A stretch of 64,000 nt of DNA from Octopus sinensis (taxonomy: Eukaryota), in NCBI RefSeq assembly GCF_006345805.1, contig NC_043009.1:13268001-13332000 (forward strand), given 5' to 3'. The translations under genes were made by a program, and so were the position numbers. Below, piece by piece: positions 49,003-61,735 of the stretch (positions are counted from its first letter, which is position 1; the number at the start of each line of letters is the position of its first letter). Under the pieces are notes generated by a model. The model did no database searches. It saw only the letters and a program-made list of their open reading frames with translations, and was not told where the DNA came from.

Positions 49003-49229
49003 TGTATATATAAATGTATATTTTACTTTCAAATGCATATTTATATTTATTGCGTATCTATCACTTTTTTTATATTGATATATAAATCTTATTTACCTTT
49101 GCAAATCACATATCGTACTTTTTTCCTTTTTATTATGAGTTACTCCGCGTCGGTCACCGAAGTGATGATATTTGATCACTTTATAGCGTGTTTGAGTGTC
49201 GATTTGGTGTCAGGAATGGGATAGCTTAC

Positions 49230-49290
49230 CTCATGGTCAGGTAGAAGCTCTTTAAACTTAGTTTTTAATCTACCTAGGAGAAGGAAATCT
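49230..49290 (-). other. Candidate 61-nt exon
   Basis: Acceptor ttttatttcag|A, donor GAG|gtaagc, open frame DFLLLGRLKTKFKELLPDHE. Confidence 0.2.
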
Positions 49291-50567
49291 CTGAAATAAA
49301 ACCTGAGGCCTTGGAAGTTCCTTGTTTTCTCAATTTCCATATCACAGCGGCGAAAGTCTTCTTGGGCCAATAGGTGAGAGTAGTGCAGAGCAAACTACAC
49401 CCACCAAAAATTATTCATCTGCACAGGTACTTCATGTACTCCAAATCTTGATAAAATCATTGAATTGATTGGTGGGCAGAGACCTAAAAATGGTCTTGTA
49501 ACTTACTGTAAAATGCATGCATGTATGTATGTATATTGTAATTATAAAGTATTCGACTTCGGATGTACTTAATCATCAAGTATGGGAGAGAAAATTGGGA
49601 ACATCCTACAAAGAAAATCAGAAGAAATAGTATAGAAATTGAACCGAGTAGGGAAGGGAAATCAATAAATGTATGTTTTGGACGTGGTTGGTCTTTTATC
49701 TACTGCAAGAATTGGAAGAGAAAGCAGAAATGGAAAGAGTAAGAAGATTGCACTCGTTTAGATCTGTGATATTGCTGAGTAACGGAGAAGTATCGGAAGT
49801 TTGTGAACAAATTCTTGTTAAGCTTGTGATGAGGTAATATGCTTGAGAAGTGCGGAGGAATTAATGAAAGTAAAGGATATGTGACATGCACAGGATGTGA
49901 CGGGGGCGTGAAAAGAAGCATTCGAAATATATGTATGTGCATGTGTTTGCATCAATGAATGGGGAGTAAATTTATAAACAGAGTGTCTGCAAATGCGTGT
50001 GTGTACGATGAGAATGTAATATATTTCTGTGAAGTGTGAAAGGCGTTACAGTGTAAAGTTATTGGTACGATGAATGAGGTGAGAAAACTGTATGAGAATA
50101 TGAGTGGAGAATGTGGAGTGTGTGGACGTGTATGTGTGTTGTGTGTGGGGGAGAAATGGATTTATTCAACTAGAAACTGGTGCGAAGTGTCTGTGCATGA
50201 GTAAATATTGAATCTAAATATATGAATGAAAATGTGTGTCACTGTTTGATAATTTTACGCTATATTCAAAGCGTAAATTTATGGCGGTTTCGTGTGGCGT
50301 GGTGGTGATGGTTGGTGAAATGTATGTCAGCATATTTGTGCAGAATTTTGGATCATGTGGAGTGCATTCCGTGAATTCAGCTTGTAAATACGGGTGTTGT
50401 GGAGGAACGAAAGTCGATGGTCGATAACAAAAGAAGTTACTGTGTTTAAGCAGAAACTTTGCTGTTGTACGAAACACAAGACAGAAATCAGGAGTAACTT
50501 TGTAGTGAATTATTACCAGCACCAGACACGTACGCACACACACGCACGTACGCACACACACGCACGT

Positions 50568-50613
<46 letters not shown>

Positions 50614-50623
50614 ATACACACAC

Positions 50624-50930
50624 GTGGAGGCACATGGCCTAGTTGTTTGAGCAGCGGACTCGCGGTCGAGGGATCGAGGGTTCGAATCTCAGACCGGACG
50701 ATGTGTGTGATTATGAGCGAAACACCTAAGCTCCACGCGGCTCCGGCAGAAGGTAATGGCGAAACTTCTGCTGACTCTTCCGCCACAATTTTCTCTCACT
50801 ATCCTACTTGCAGCTCACCTGCGATGCACCGGCTTCCCGTCCAGTTGGGGAACCTATACGCCAGGAAACCGGGAAACCGGCCCTTATGAGCCAGGCATGG
50901 CTCGAGAAGGAACAAGCAACAATAACAAAA
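50624..50930 (+). mobile_element. SINE family C (tRNA head, RTE-like tail ending in (CAA)n)
   Basis: atggcctagttg A box, ggttcgaatctc B box; body aacacctaagctccacg.ggctccggcag shared with 52344-52906. Confidence 0.85.
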
Positions 50931-51039
50931 CATGCAGACACACACACAAGTATACAATGATAAAGCTCAGAATAAAACTAACTAAAGTATTGAGATAGAT
51001 TTGAATTATCTGGTACTGTTATACTAAAAATTCAATGCT

Positions 51040-51590
51040 AAAGATATGGTGCCAAAAGTGAGCAACCAAACCAGTATTCAATCACTCCTATAATACAGTT
51101 AGTTGCAGTGCTGGAATTCAGTACTCTAGATGATGTTTTACAGGTGAATGTGTTTTGTAAAGGTGACCCAGTGTGTGTAGGGTGCTATACTCTCCGAGAC
51201 AGTGACAAACTATAAACAAGTGGAGTGGGAGCACACTAATGATCAAGGCTGAGTGTGGTGAGGGTTACAAGTATTGAGTACGAAATATAAAAGATTGCAG
51301 TATCAACTGGAGAAATAAAGTATTGATGTGATACTAAGTGGAAGGCATCAGTATCGTATTGGAGGGAACGTGCTGGGAAATGTTGAGGTGACATAGAACT
51401 TGAGGAAAGATAAGTGCAGGGAAGGAGACGATGGATTGCGTCTCGTTAAAGTAATTATGTAGTAGGAAGAAGCGCACTATAAGATGTGAACTGGTCATCG
51501 AAGAGAATGTCTCAGTTAGAGAAGTGGCGGACTGGGAGAAAGTTTGGGCGCGGGAGAACATGTATAGTTTGAATGAGTAGGATGTAAAAT
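51040..51590 (-). mobile_element. Degenerate CR1-group LINE RT C-terminal fragment
   Basis: LYKTHSPVKHHLEY.IPAL resembles LY...VRPHLEY...W.P. Confidence 0.45.
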
Positions 51591-51674
51591 CGACACTTGA
51601 AACTGAATCTGTAAAACAAAATTCTCAAGTGACGCAGTTGTGAGGGTCAATAGAACCCGTTTACCAGGCTAACT

Positions 51675-52343
51675 CTTACTTACTTACGAATCCATTTCCG
51701 TTACCCTGTTTGAGGACAGATTATGATCCACATTATTTCTCTTCTACTGGCCTCATCTCAGTGACATACGTTCGTTATACCTCTGATTGCATCGTCACCA
51801 AAACTTTTACCTTCGGACACTTCATCTTCTGTGTTTCTTTCCCAACGGAACTTATCTTTTCCAACTGATTCCCAATCCTACTTTCATTTCACCTCATCCG
51901 ACCCTATTAACATCTAATTACAATTACTGCACTGTATCACTCCCACTTCTGTAGCCGAATTTACACGAGTTTCTATTACCAAGTACTAGTCTATCGCATC
52001 GTCCGCTTCTTCCCACAACCTGGTTACCCACACGTGTCTTCTAGGGCTATCGTGTGGTCAATCAGGACTCACACCATTAGCCATAATGTATAATCTCTAA
52101 TTCGAGCCCACTCTAAGCTACTAAGAATGCGTGTGGCAATTTGAAGATCCCCTCACCACACGCTATAGACTGGCGGTTGAACGGACGTGAAAGCTACGCT
52201 GTTATCCTCATTCCGTCAACGGTGGCTTTTAACGGGTGGAGAGCTGAACCATCCTGGGGTACAGAGGATTCGCAATCTAGACTAAGTTCTGAAAGTTTAC
52301 CACACCATAGTGGGTTACACCATGGTTCCTTTGCTTTGTGGCA
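51675..52343 (-). mobile_element. Short RTE-like insert (5' UTR-like start, (TAAG)n tail)
   Basis: Ends ggattcgtaagtaagtaag at ~51675 and begins abruptly at tgccac where SINE C homology stops. No intact ORF. Confidence 0.45.
52262..52343 (-). ncRNA. HDV-like nested double-pseudoknot candidate
   Basis: P1 UGCCAC/GUGGUA, P2 CAAAGGA/UCCUCUG, P3 ACC/GGU and J4/2 GCGAA occur in the required order. L3 and P1.1 are non-canonical. Confidence 0.35.
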
Positions 52344-52537
52344 GAAGTAGGAAGAAAGAGTGAGAGAAAGTTGTGGTGAAAGAGTGCAGTGGGGTTCACC
52401 ACCACCCGCCGCTGGAGCCTCGTGGAGCTTTGGTGTTTTTGCTCAATAAACACTCACAGTGCCTGGTCTGGGAATCGAAACAGCGTTCTTACGACTGCGA
52501 GTCTGCTGCCCTAACCGCTGGGCTATTGCGCCTCCAC
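52344..52537 (-). mobile_element. SINE family C, 3'-truncated
   Basis: gtggaggcgcaatagcccagcggttaggg head; body homologous to 50624. Confidence 0.85.
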
Positions 52538-52906
52538 TGTTGTTGCTGTTGAGCGAACGGTCTTCGTCCCAGAGCTCGCAAGATGGGCGAAGTCCGAAAC
52601 GTGGTCATTTGCTATTCGTAAGACCCGTAGAAGAGAAAGCAGATCAACCCCCGACACCGAGCGCATCGACGGATGGATGAATGCGCATCCAGGCTCAGCG
52701 GTTACGTAGGAAGTCGGAGACAAGAAACACGAAGAAAGAGGTAGAGAAAGAGTACAACAGGGGTCGCCATCACCCCCTGCCGGAGCCTCGTGGAGCTTTA
52801 GGTGTTTTCGCTCAATAAACACACACAACGCCCGGTCTGGGAATCGAAACCGCGTTCTTACGACCGCGAGTCCGCAGCCCTAACCACTGGGCCATTGCAT
52901 TTCCAC
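52538..52906 (-). mobile_element. SINE family C with an alternative tail
   Basis: Same head and body, but the tail (cgatgcgctcggtgtcgggggttgatc...gaccacgtttcggac...caacagcaacaaca) differs from 50624. Confidence 0.85.
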
Positions 52907-54271
52907 TGTTGTTGTTGTAGTCGTTGTTGTCGTTGTTGTTTTATCAATATATTTTCCCTCATTTCAAGAGACGCATTTTATCATGACACTCTATATTTTT
53001 TTAAATGTTGTTTGTTCGATCTGTAATTTACTGTATTGAAACTTTGTCAATTTTGTTGCTGAACTGACATAAAGAAAAAGTGGGTGTAATCAAATTCCAT
53101 CAGAAACCAGGAAGGGGCCAATATTGTTAAACACGTCCTGTTTTGCAAATTGTATTTTGAAAATATTCTAATAAAACAGCAGGTTTTGTTGCGGAAAAAG
53201 AAAGAAAGGATGATTGCATTATACGGACGAATGAGCGACGTTGGAATGCAAGCGCTGTCCTTCACTCTATTTCAACTAAAATTTAATAGAACAATCCACT
53301 CCATAATCAACAACACTGCTGACCAATGCTAAAAAAAATCAGTTCGAAAAGTTCCGCTACTGCCGTAAAAAAAATCACCTTGACAATAACAATAACAACA
53401 GTAGCTCTTCTTCGACCTCTGGAATTATAGCAATCACAGCCTTGATGTAATGTACCATGAACAGAAACACAAATGACATTCATAACACCGTTTAATATGA
53501 CTAGAGGCATCAGTAACAGGAATTCTATAGGTTACACAACGTGTTTTGAAAAAGTGACACGCTCCACTCGAACCACAAGAAAGCGCAATTAGATTTCAGT
53601 AGAAGAGAAGAAACTGTGAGAGACTAAAATGTTTCATCGTGAGGCGGGGGGGAAGAGAGAGATGGAGAGAGAGAGAAAGAGAGAGGGAGACTATTCGATC
53701 CTCTGGTAACAAGCTGTAAAGCAAATGTCATTTTACCAATATTTGACTGGGGAGGATAAAATAGAGTCCACATGAAATCTGGTGAAGAAGTGACAGACAG
53801 TCATACATATTTCGCCATATACAACAGGTGACATAGATCGGTTGATATGGGATTTCTCTCAGAAGTTTCTACGAATAGACGATTCACAGTCCTTGTTAAA
53901 TGAGGACGTCACTCTCACCTCAATTTCCTCTGCCGTTGAAGTTCGTGGGTGTAGCATAAGAAAGAAACATTTCGTAGATGGTGGAGCTTAAGGAAGAAAC
54001 AGTGTTGGATGAAATACCCCTCAGGACAAATGTAGCAACTCCTATCCCTTAGGTAAGCATAACAAAGAAAAACGTGAAATTCATGCATTTATTTGTATAG
54101 GCACGATTATTACCTTTTCTACTCCAATATCTCCACTCTACGGCATCATTAAACAAGTAGGACACCCACAGAATGGCAAATATTCGACTCTAAAATGACA
54201 AATACCAAGGTGAAAATTAATGGCCTTTAAATAACAAGAATACCATCAACAAAAACATACACTACAAAAGT

Positions 54272-54429
54272 AGGAGTGGCTGTGTGGTAAGTAGCTTGGT
54301 TACGAACAACATAATTCCGGGTTCAGTCCCAGTGCAGGGCACTTTGGGCAAGTGTCTTCTACTATAGCCTCGGGCCGACCAAAGCCTTGTGAGTGGATTT
54401 GGTAGACGGAAACTGAAAGAAGCCCGTTG

Positions 54430-54460
<31 letters not shown>

Positions 54461-54675
54461 ATGTGTGTGTGTATATGTTTGTGTCTGTGTTCGCCCCACC
54501 CAGCATCGCTTGACAACCGATACTGGTGTATTTACGTCCCCGTAACTTAGCGGTTCGGCAAAAGAGACCGATGGAATAAGTACTAAGCTTACTGGAGTCG
54601 ATTTGCTCGACTAAAGGCGGTGCTCTAGCATGGCCACAGTCAAAATGACTGAAACAAGTAAAGCAGTAAAAGAGT
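54272..54675 (+). mobile_element. SINE family A, full length
   Basis: End-to-end homology, with a deletion upstream of gtcgat. Confidence 0.92.
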
Positions 54676-55754
54676 GATACCAAACACAATAACATGCACG
54701 CTATATATAGAACGATATATTTGATAAAATCATTAGAACAACTGTGATGACAACTATAGAGGGGAAAGGATTGTGGGTTGAGGCACTTAGTGAAACAAGA
54801 TGAAGAGGCCACAAAAACCGTAGATATACTTTTGATATATATAACATTATAACACTGCAAATGCATGTTGAACAGGTCCCCAGAAGGCTTAATGACCTGT
54901 AAAGAGACAACTGCATAAACAATATTTCCCATGACCGGTGGAGAGTGACACGAACTGATTTATTTGGTTGGTTCAGATAAAATATAACATCTCCCGCTCG
55001 TCTTCATCTAATGTCACTTGGTGTCCTTAGTTTACTGAACGCACATGTGGTAAAAGTCTAAGAGAGGCCATTACTAGGCTGGTGTTATTAAATGTATAGT
55101 ACCTAGTTTCTTTATTTCCTGTCACACCGAGCTAGTGGTACTTTTAGTACTATCTGATAGATTTATCTGATGAAATGTTTTTCAAAATTTTCAGTCCGAT
55201 TCTTAACAAGATTTCCTGGATTATCCCCGATCAGTTGCCTTTTTGAAACTTTATTCACATTAAAAATCGTGGCGTGATCTTCCAACACAACGTATGCCCT
55301 TGGTACCTAGGCATCATTCTCTGGTGTCAGATGAACTGCTCCCTTTGGACGTCAATGTCAGTGGGAATCATAATCAACTCTTCACTCATCCATGGGATAT
55401 CAAAGTTCAGTTTAGCCTACGCTTTGCTATATCGCCCAACCGATCACGTTACACTAAACGCGCATTAGATATTCATCTACATGCACTTTCGTAGGTTTTC
55501 TCTACCTAGTTGCTCTTCTTTCTTGTGCTTGCTCATATACACTTTGGCTTCGGAGTGAAAAAAGATTTTTCCAGGGAACCTTCTTTGCTCTCCTTAGACA
55601 ACCGACCTTTCTTCTGTTGTGTTTGCATCTGTGATTTGTTAAATAAAAAAAAAACATTGCATGAGAATTCTGATTATCGCGGCTATAAGTTATAGCGAAC
55701 ACCGCAAATATAGTTCTGTTCATATTGTTTCTACAGCAGCGGCTCCTGCCGCTG

Positions 55755-55840
55755 CTGCTGGTGATGAAGACGATGACGAAGATGACGATAACGACGACTA
55801 CGACGACGACGATGACGACAACGATGATGACGACAATAAC
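55755..55840. repeat. (GAC/GAT)n microsatellite
   Basis: Direct reading. Confidence 0.9.
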
Positions 55841-57925
55841 CTTCATGGTATATTGCTGGTGTTAGTAGCGAAAATAGATCTAGCTAGTTTCATTCGCAAA
55901 ATGAGTCCCCTATAATTTTGCTCAGATTGCTTTCAATTTTAGTGTATCGATGCAACTAAATTTTGATTACAATCAACCAAACGCTTTATCTCGTAAATTA
56001 AAAATATTGATGTTATTTGAAATTAAAGTTGGGAAATTTGGGTAATTTTAGCCAATCAACAGATGTTGTTCCGTGTTGATTCTTCATATCACAAGATTCT
56101 TTTCACCCGCGTGTTTTGCTTTAGTTTTTCTGTGTGTTTGTATATTACATATTTTTCTGTGATTCTCTGTGTTAGTATTTTTACATATCTTTTCATTTTA
56201 TATATTTTTTGGACAAATTTTTTGTTGACCAGTGTTATTCTTATCGTAGTTTACAAATCCAAGCATGAAAACGTTACTCAATTTTGGAGTTTTGAAGACA
56301 GACGCCTCCTTTTCACACACACACATGCACTTATATATTGATTATGTGTACAAATACACGACAGGTATTCATAATACTGAAATATGCATAAATTAAATAC
56401 ATGCAGACAAATATATTAATATAACAATTAAAAAAATTATAAAACATACAATTAAGGAAAAAATAAAAGAAACAGTAAGAAGATACATGCTGATTTTATT
56501 AGATATTTCCTTTTATTTAGAAACCTACAATAAACAGGTGATTTCACTGACGCTAAACTATAAATTTTACAGGGTACAACATTAAAGTTGACATCGCTCC
56601 GCTAAACGCAGAAAATTTCTGTCTCGCTTATGGCTAAAAGTACACATTTTTTTTTCGATTTTTAAATCTCTGTAAATCTCTCCATTTCTTTCACTACAAC
56701 ATCATACCTTCATAGCAATAAGAGTGGAAAACTACAATATTATACACAATTTTCGAATTTTTTATTTCATTTTAAAAAGTGCATATTTTGTGAATTAGTT
56801 TAACTAGATCCGCGAAAATTAATGTACTGTTTATGGTAATGGCAGTTGCTGTTCTGGATATACCGACTGGTGTTCGCAAATCCCCAGTAGAGGAAAAATC
56901 ATTTTGACTATTTTCCTTCTGTGGTTTATACTGTCCCTCTAGTTATGATTTTTGTTTGTCCGTGACTTTATTCGTGGTAGAAAGTGATGCTCACAATTTT
57001 CAAAAGTAGCTGTGTGTTATTGGCAGTAACGGTAGTGGTGCTAGAGGATGCGATTCTGCTGTTGTTGCTGGTTGTTGTTGTTAAGCAACAAGACGGGTAA
57101 AGGTGATTAGGTGATGGTCTAGGGCTTAGGGGTGGGAGACCCCAGACTTTGGAAAAAATAACTTTGGTCGTCTTGTTGTAATCGAGGGCTCTTCGTTGAC
57201 GCCCGACACCACTGGGAGGTGGCCCTCGAAGTCGCTGGAAATGGAGATCTCCAGGTCCAAATTCTTGAACGGCGTTGTTGCTGGTGTTGTTTACTCTGTC
57301 AAATATGCCGATGATCGGAACGTCATCGGTCGCACCTTCAAGGAAAGGAATGACATTATACTTTTTGAGGGGGATTTTAATCTCCATATTTATTCTCCCC
57401 ACCACTTTGTTCTCTATTTTCTCTCTTATTCTTATTTTCTCCCCTTCATGCTCTCCCCACTGCCCGCCTCGCTGAGACTCGCTGTCATATTCAACTTTCT
57501 CTTCATTATAAATTTAGGAGAAAGTTTAAAAAAGAAAACAAATCTTTTAACTAATTCCATTCTTAATCATTTCCTGCAAAAAGAAAAAAATGCGCAATAA
57601 GTCAACATAACAATTGGGAAGCATATCCACGAAAAGAGAAAAAACTATGAATAATTATTCCAACGGTTGTACCGCGATAAGAGAAACGTGATGTAAAGAC
57701 AATAACAATTTCTAATTTATTTGAAGGCCACAAATTTTAAGGTGGGTGAGTTGTCGTCACCAACACTTCACTGCTTTAATTGACTTCAAAGGAAGGAAAG
57801 ACCAAGCTGACCTTGCCAATATTTGAAGTCTGAATGGGGACAAGTTCTCAAGGTTTTTTCCCAACGTTCTAACCGTTCTAAAGTTTTATGGAAAAGTGTT
57901 ACCCATTGATTTTCTGAATGGCACA

Positions 57926-57967
57926 CCAAGGAAAAAGTACCAAGGAAAAAGTACCAAGGAAAAAGTA
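57926..57967. repeat. 14-bp unit CCAAGGAAAAAGTA, three perfect copies
   Basis: Direct reading. Confidence 0.95.
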
Positions 57968-57987
57968 TCATGAATTTTTTTCAGTAG

Positions 57988-58086
57988 TGCGGCCCGCCTG
58001 ACGATGTAGCATATTTCAAGCGGCCGGCTTTTCAAAAGATGTTGTCCACGCCTCTTCTTAAAATCCGGAAGCGCGCTGCCCAACAG
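57988..58086 (+). other. Candidate 99-nt exon (phase 0-0)
   Basis: Acceptor ttttttcagtag| (NAGNAG), donor CAG|gtaagg; GC-rich open frame CGPPDDVAYFKRPAFQKMLSTPLLKIRKRAAQQ. Confidence 0.3.
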
Positions 58087-58094
58087 GTAAGGTT

Positions 58095-58251
58095 AATAAC
58101 ATTCTCATTTTATCGAAGTAGCTGCAACATCACTAGAACAACAACAACAACTACTACTACTAATACTAATACTACTACTACCATTACTACTACCACCACC
58201 ACCACTACCTCCACCACCACTACTACTACTACTACCACCAATACCACTACC

Positions 58252-58286
<35 letters not shown>

Positions 58287-58533
58287 AACACACTGCTCCA
58301 ACTGGTCTTGCTGCTGCTGCTGTTAAACCTGCTGCTTCTATTACCTCTACTGCTACAGTAGTAGTATTAGTAGTAGTAGAAGTAGTAGGTGCAGCAGCAG
58401 CAGCAGTAGTGTTTTACCTGCTGCTTCTATTACCTCTACTGCAGTAGTAGTATTAGTAGTAGTAGAAGTAGTAGGTGCAGCAGCAGCAGCAGTAGTGTTT
58501 TTGCAGCTACTTCGATAATATGAGAATGTTATT
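58095..58533. repeat. Microsatellite palindrome with 41-bp unique inverted arms and an internal 89-bp tandem duplication
   Basis: 58095-58135 and 58493-58533 are complementary (3 mismatches); (CTA/CCA)n faces (TAG/CAG)n; duplicated units start at 58327 and 58416. Confidence 0.85.
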
Positions 58534-58974
58534 TATTTGTAGACGTCGACTTCACTGCTTTCAGTTCCGAATTCGACGTCCGTCGCTGAGAAAGACGCAT
58601 ACTCATTTGGGACCAGAGACCGTTAAGCAATTATTTACTATCTGTTTGATATCAAACTGACAATGACAAATATTGAAGTAAATAAAAGTACAACAATTAT
58701 AAATACAAGTAAATGATGCAATGAAATCTCTGAAGATGTTTTGTAAAATGTGGAATTCCTTTCCTCGTATTGGTTTCTATCGCATACACACTTCGTGATG
58801 GAAAGCGAATAATGAATAGGATTGTTCTTCAGCATCTTCAGAGTAACTTATATAGTTAAACAAAAGTTAGTGAACCAATGGTAGAAAGAGAGCCGTTGGA
58901 TTGTCAGAAATCTTCTCTTCTTATTCCCTAACTGGCGACCGAAAAGGAGGGCCGTTCTCTTAAACAATACACTA

Positions 58975-59260
58975 TTGTGAGTACTGATGTATGATGGACT
59001 CCGCCGACGATGTCATTACTTTCCGCCGATCCTTGGAGCTGGCCTTAGCATGCGCGAAGTCGAGGCGCTGCGACATCATGTCTTCCTCAATTTGTTTCGC
59101 CCATTTCTTCTTAGGTGCGCTGCGCTGGATTCTCCAGTGCGTGTGTCGCTGCCCTCACAAAACGTGGTGTGGTATGTCTTCCAGTGTCAATTCTACATCC
59201 TGCAGACAGGGCCAAATCCCCGTATCTTCAAAGATATGGCAGACTTGACCATTACGTTTT
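58975..59260 (-). mobile_element. RTE-clade LINE C-terminal fragment
   Basis: PKKKWAKQIEEDMMSQRLDFAHAKASSKDRRK resembles the RTE GRP..W...D....DR..W ending. Confidence 0.6.
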
Positions 59261-61609
59261 CCTTTTAGATAAATATGTGTCTCGCTTCACATTATGAGCG
59301 ATATTTTTTTAACTTGTTGATTGTGACTTTAAGTAGGCACAATTTACAATTTTAAAATATATCATCTCTCCTAATGTGAATCTTGACTCGTTATTTTTGA
59401 ATAAAATATGTAAGGGTCAGGGGTACAATATCGTTGAGGATAGGTAATTCTTGTGATTGCTGCTGTTAACCTTGGATTATACGCTATATGAGAATGTTTT
59501 AGTATATTCAATAGTAGATTTTTTACAAATTAATAGTGTAATTTTAAATTATCAGAAATTACTCACAAGCGTAATCAAACATTAGAGGTAATATAACAAA
59601 AGATCTGAAGGAATTTCTTCTTTACCTTACCCATGTTATATATAGACAACATTTACATTATTTACATTATTTACATTTGACGGATATTTGTCATCATCTT
59701 GTTTGTTGTCAACACAACGTTAACACAACTTCAATTCCCACCATCCATAGAGTGTAAAGAGAGGGATTGCTCAGTGCCTAAAACATCGAGCAGAGAAAAA
59801 ATGTAAATAATGTAAATGATTCCTCATCTCTTAAATATAGAACTATATATATAGACAAGTTAACCACGGAAAATACTTTTGGGTAAATCCTGTTACTTTA
59901 TCTATATCCATAATATGACAAAAAGCATAGCTAAAAACCAAAGAAAGTACGTTTAATTCTTGAATATTTACATTACATATATGCTGTTTTCTCTTATTAA
60001 CAAGTCTTTAATTTAAGCTAATAAAAGAAATTTGTGTTTACAATAGGTATTGCGTAGTCCCAGGGTAAAGTATCATCCTGTACAACACCTTAACGCAAAA
60101 CTTTAGAATTAACAATTCATCATATTTACCTATCGCATATCTTTATCATAGTCTATAGTAATTATCTGAACTACTACGTGAAAATAAAGAAATGAATTTG
60201 AAACTAGACTGTACCATTGCTTTCAGAATTGCGCCTTCCTCAATGAAAACCATATGTTCGAGGTCAGTTCCCATTAGTTAAAAAACTAATCATTGAAAAT
60301 ATAGTGACGCAAATTGAAATGATTCGAATAAGTGTTTGCTAAGGATAAGAATTCTAAAATGAAAAACTTTTACTTCACACTATACTGTATAAATATTGTA
60401 CACTTGCATTATGTCTCTAACAATATTTCGTATACACAATGAGTAGGTACCACATATAATCATAATACAGCTAAGGTAATTTTATTGTCACAGTACTTTA
60501 CAATAACAATAATCTTGGAATGTTGAATATCATTTCAAGGGAATCTATTGTGAAGTGTTCTTTTCAATGAGATATAATTCATTGGTGGTTTGAAATTTCA
60601 TAAGAAACGTTATAGTATAATCTTGGTTTCCTAAGTCTTATGTATCGCTTCTGTTCATAGAAACTGCAACTCCTTTCACGTAAGAACATATGAATGTATA
60701 AAAATGAAATTTTGAAGTCCAAGCAATTATAGATTTCATTAAATAAAAGGTTTTGTTCACAGTTTTCTAAGAAATGATCAAGATAATAGAATGATAAAGA
60801 GAGACGAATCATACGCCTTTGTAAGCTCTTTTATCATGCCACGTGACCTTTCTGCAGAGGGACTTGTCAAGAAAAGTTTAATAATTCGCCAACAGGTACG
60901 ATTGAACTATTCTTCAGAATTATAACGATGTAATTTTATAAAATGGCTCTTAAACTTCTGAATTGTGATTTTTTAAGTTCAAAGACAAACAGAAAAATGG
61001 AAAAGCCTTGATTCTCAAAGCATCACGATCACGTTACTTTCTTATTTATTGCCAAATACAATGAAATTCATGCACAGGAGTTTAAGCATTCCATTGATAG
61101 CATTTACTCTTAATAATTATAATATTGACACACGTTCAAAACCGATAAATGTAATTCAATGATTAATATCACCCAAATATAGCTACTATCCATAAAAAAC
61201 CCATATATTAATAACGGTGTGTGTACACCTTCGAAAAATATGGCAATAACAAATAAATAAAGTATTCAAAGTTTTGGAAGAAGTGGAAATGAGAATTTCT
61301 TAGTAATATGAAATACAAAGTCCAGTTATGCTGGCATGTATTCTCAACTTCATATTACAACACACATTTTTTATCCCTAACTTCAACATTTTTCAAAGAT
61401 GTACATTTATTTTCTCTTTTAAGTATGTTATATAAAAACCTGCACTAACTTTCACTGTGAAAAGCCTCAAACATCACAAACGAACATAAGTTTTCTGAGC
61501 AAGAATATTGGCGAAAATCTTCCCATTTGTTCGCACTAACACTCCGTTAACTACACCAGACACATAAGGAAGCAAATTATCCTGTAAAAAATTATATTTA
61601 GAAAATGAG

Positions 61610-61611
<2 letters not shown>

Positions 61612-61669
<58 letters not shown>

Positions 61670-61695
61670 GTTGTTGTTGTTGTTATTATTATTAT
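61612..61695. repeat. (ATT)n-(GTT)n microsatellite
   Basis: Direct reading. Confidence 0.95.
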
Positions 61696-61701
61696 AAATA
61701 T

Positions 61702-61735
61702 ATTTTTGTTTTTCTTTTCTTCAATGCAGGTGAGT
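61702..61735 (+). promoter_or_regulatory. Juxtaposed 3'/5' splice site (possible recursive splice site)
   Basis: tttttgtttttcttttcttcaatgcag|GTGAGT; no other AG in the pyrimidine tract. Confidence 0.3.

Noticed and set aside
52578-52612. Three-way junction with GAAAC-GUG-GUC resembling the hammerhead 3' half
   Set aside because: Stem I runs directly into stem II, so the CUGANGA strand is entirely absent.
55200-55500. Possible LINE RT remnant (HNVCPWYLGIIL)
   Set aside because: Only one short motif resembles P.YLG; too weak to call.
56968-57600. Overlapping 134-145 aa ORFs in a GC-richer patch
   Set aside because: No recognisable domain on either strand and partly low complexity. Probably a decayed retroelement piece, but I cannot assign it.
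57926-57967. CRISPR-like direct repeats
   Set aside because: Contiguous 14-bp units without spacers, eukaryotic context, no cas genes.
60858-60895. 38-nt exon candidate (tctgcag|...CAACAG|gtacga)
   Set aside because: Moderate donor; the frame needed to continue from 58086 contains a stop; such sites are common by chance.
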